The notes under the pieces: model-generated
Databases searched by the model: none
Told to the model about the DNA's origin: nothing
The model's input: only the letters and a program-made list of their open reading frames with translations
Part shown: positions 63,400 through 64,000 of the stretch, piece by piece
Position numbering within the stretch: position 1 is the stretch's first letter
Layout of the letters: each line of letters starts with the position of its first letter
Source of the DNA: Dehalococcoidia bacterium
GTDB lineage: Bacteria > Chloroflexota > Dehalococcoidia > Lucifugimonadales > Lucifugimonadaceae
NCBI GenBank assembly: GCA_963663555.2
Contig: CAXXNJ010000005.1
Location: 176,989 to 240,988 of the forward strand
Direction: 5' to 3'
DNA: 64,000 nt
Program-made: the position numbers and the translations under genes

Positions 63400-64000
63400 C
63401 CCCTTGTTTCGAGGCGGGCCTCCTCGGCCAGTTTCGTCGTCTCGATGCCGCTCATAGGCTCCCCAAGACCGGCCGATACCCTGGCGAGAACGTCGGGGTC
63501 CTGGTAGTGGGTCGTCGCCTGCACGATGGCGTCGGCGCGCTTTGCCGGCTCATCCGACTTGAAGATGCCGGAGCCGACGAAGATGCCGTCCACGCCGATC
63601 TGCATCAGCAGGGCTGCGTCGGCTGGCGTGGCCACGCCGCCGGCTGCAAAATTCACCACGGGCAGCTTGCCCGTCCGAGCCACCTCGGTCACCAGCTCGT
63701 AGGGCGCGCCCAGCTTCTTCGCCTCTGCCATCAACTCCGTCTCGTCCATCGTGGTCAGCTTGCGGATCTGCCCCAGCACCGTGCGGGCGTGCTTGACGGC
63801 CTGCACCACGTCGCCCGTGCCGGCCTCGCCCTTCGTGCGAATCATTGCCGAGCCTTCGCCGATCCGCCTCAGCGCCTCGCCGAGGTCACGGCAGCCGCAC
63901 ACGAACGGCATGGCGAAGTCCCACTTGTTGATGTGGTTCTCCAGGTCGGCGGGGGTGAGCACTTCCGACTCGTCGGCGTAGTCGACCCCGAGAGCCTCCA
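63393..64000 (-). CDS. pdxS: Pyridoxal 5'-phosphate synthase, lyase subunit (5' end outside window)
   Basis: ..[53 protein letters not shown]..; the frame stays open to nt 64000. Confidence 0.9.
   Translation of the reverse strand, partial: EALGVDYADESEVLTPADLENHINKWDFAMPFVCGCRDLGEALRRIGEGSAMIRTKGEAGTGDVVQAVKHARTVLGQIRKLTTMDETELMAEAKKLGAPYELVTEVARTGKLPVVNFAAGGVATPADAALLMQIGVDGIFVGSGIFKSDEPAKRADAIVQATTHYQDPDVLARVSAGLGEPMSGIETTKLAEEARLETRGW

Overview
GC-rich bacterial chromosomal window; the taxon cannot be determined from here. Positions 1-17.3 kb hold four co-oriented giant secreted repeat proteins. One is cut by the window edge; the others are 2019, 747 and 1633 aa. They are built by shuffling a few module types that I cannot assign to named families: an ~80-aa WW[YL]K/Cys-pair Fn3-like unit, an NWWF[KR]IN.WG.C unit, a ~180-aa 'VSNL...GWSIA' domain and a 5-blade 'IWSDGTTMWV' repeat, alongside canonical Fn3. 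This locus is the most unusual content. Its intergenic regions, and several others, carry a mosaic of three short palindromic (REP-like) repeat families plus a ~130-bp tandem array with long G-runs. The rest is mostly metabolism and housekeeping:
- an acyl-CoA cluster with 2 family III CoA-transferases, a CitE-like lyase, a hydrolase and 2 MaoC hydratases
- a Phd/PIN toxin-antitoxin pair
- a tetrapyrrole operon (sirC-hemC-cobA/hemD-hemB)
- sodX/sodN (Ni-SOD)
- a TPP enzyme with cupins
- prpBCD
- membrane decarboxylase subunits
- thrC-hom
- rpsF-ssb-rpsR, glyA, tmk and pdxST

Three lower-GC islets carry restriction-modification-type genes: a lone HsdR-N-like nuclease; a decayed type II R-M pair with an in-frame TGA and frameshifts; and a 968-aa fused N6-methyltransferase flanked by REP copies. 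As read, prpD and prpC are each broken by a 1-nt frameshift. All calls rest on reading the translated ORFs and the raw sequence by eye. No searches were run.
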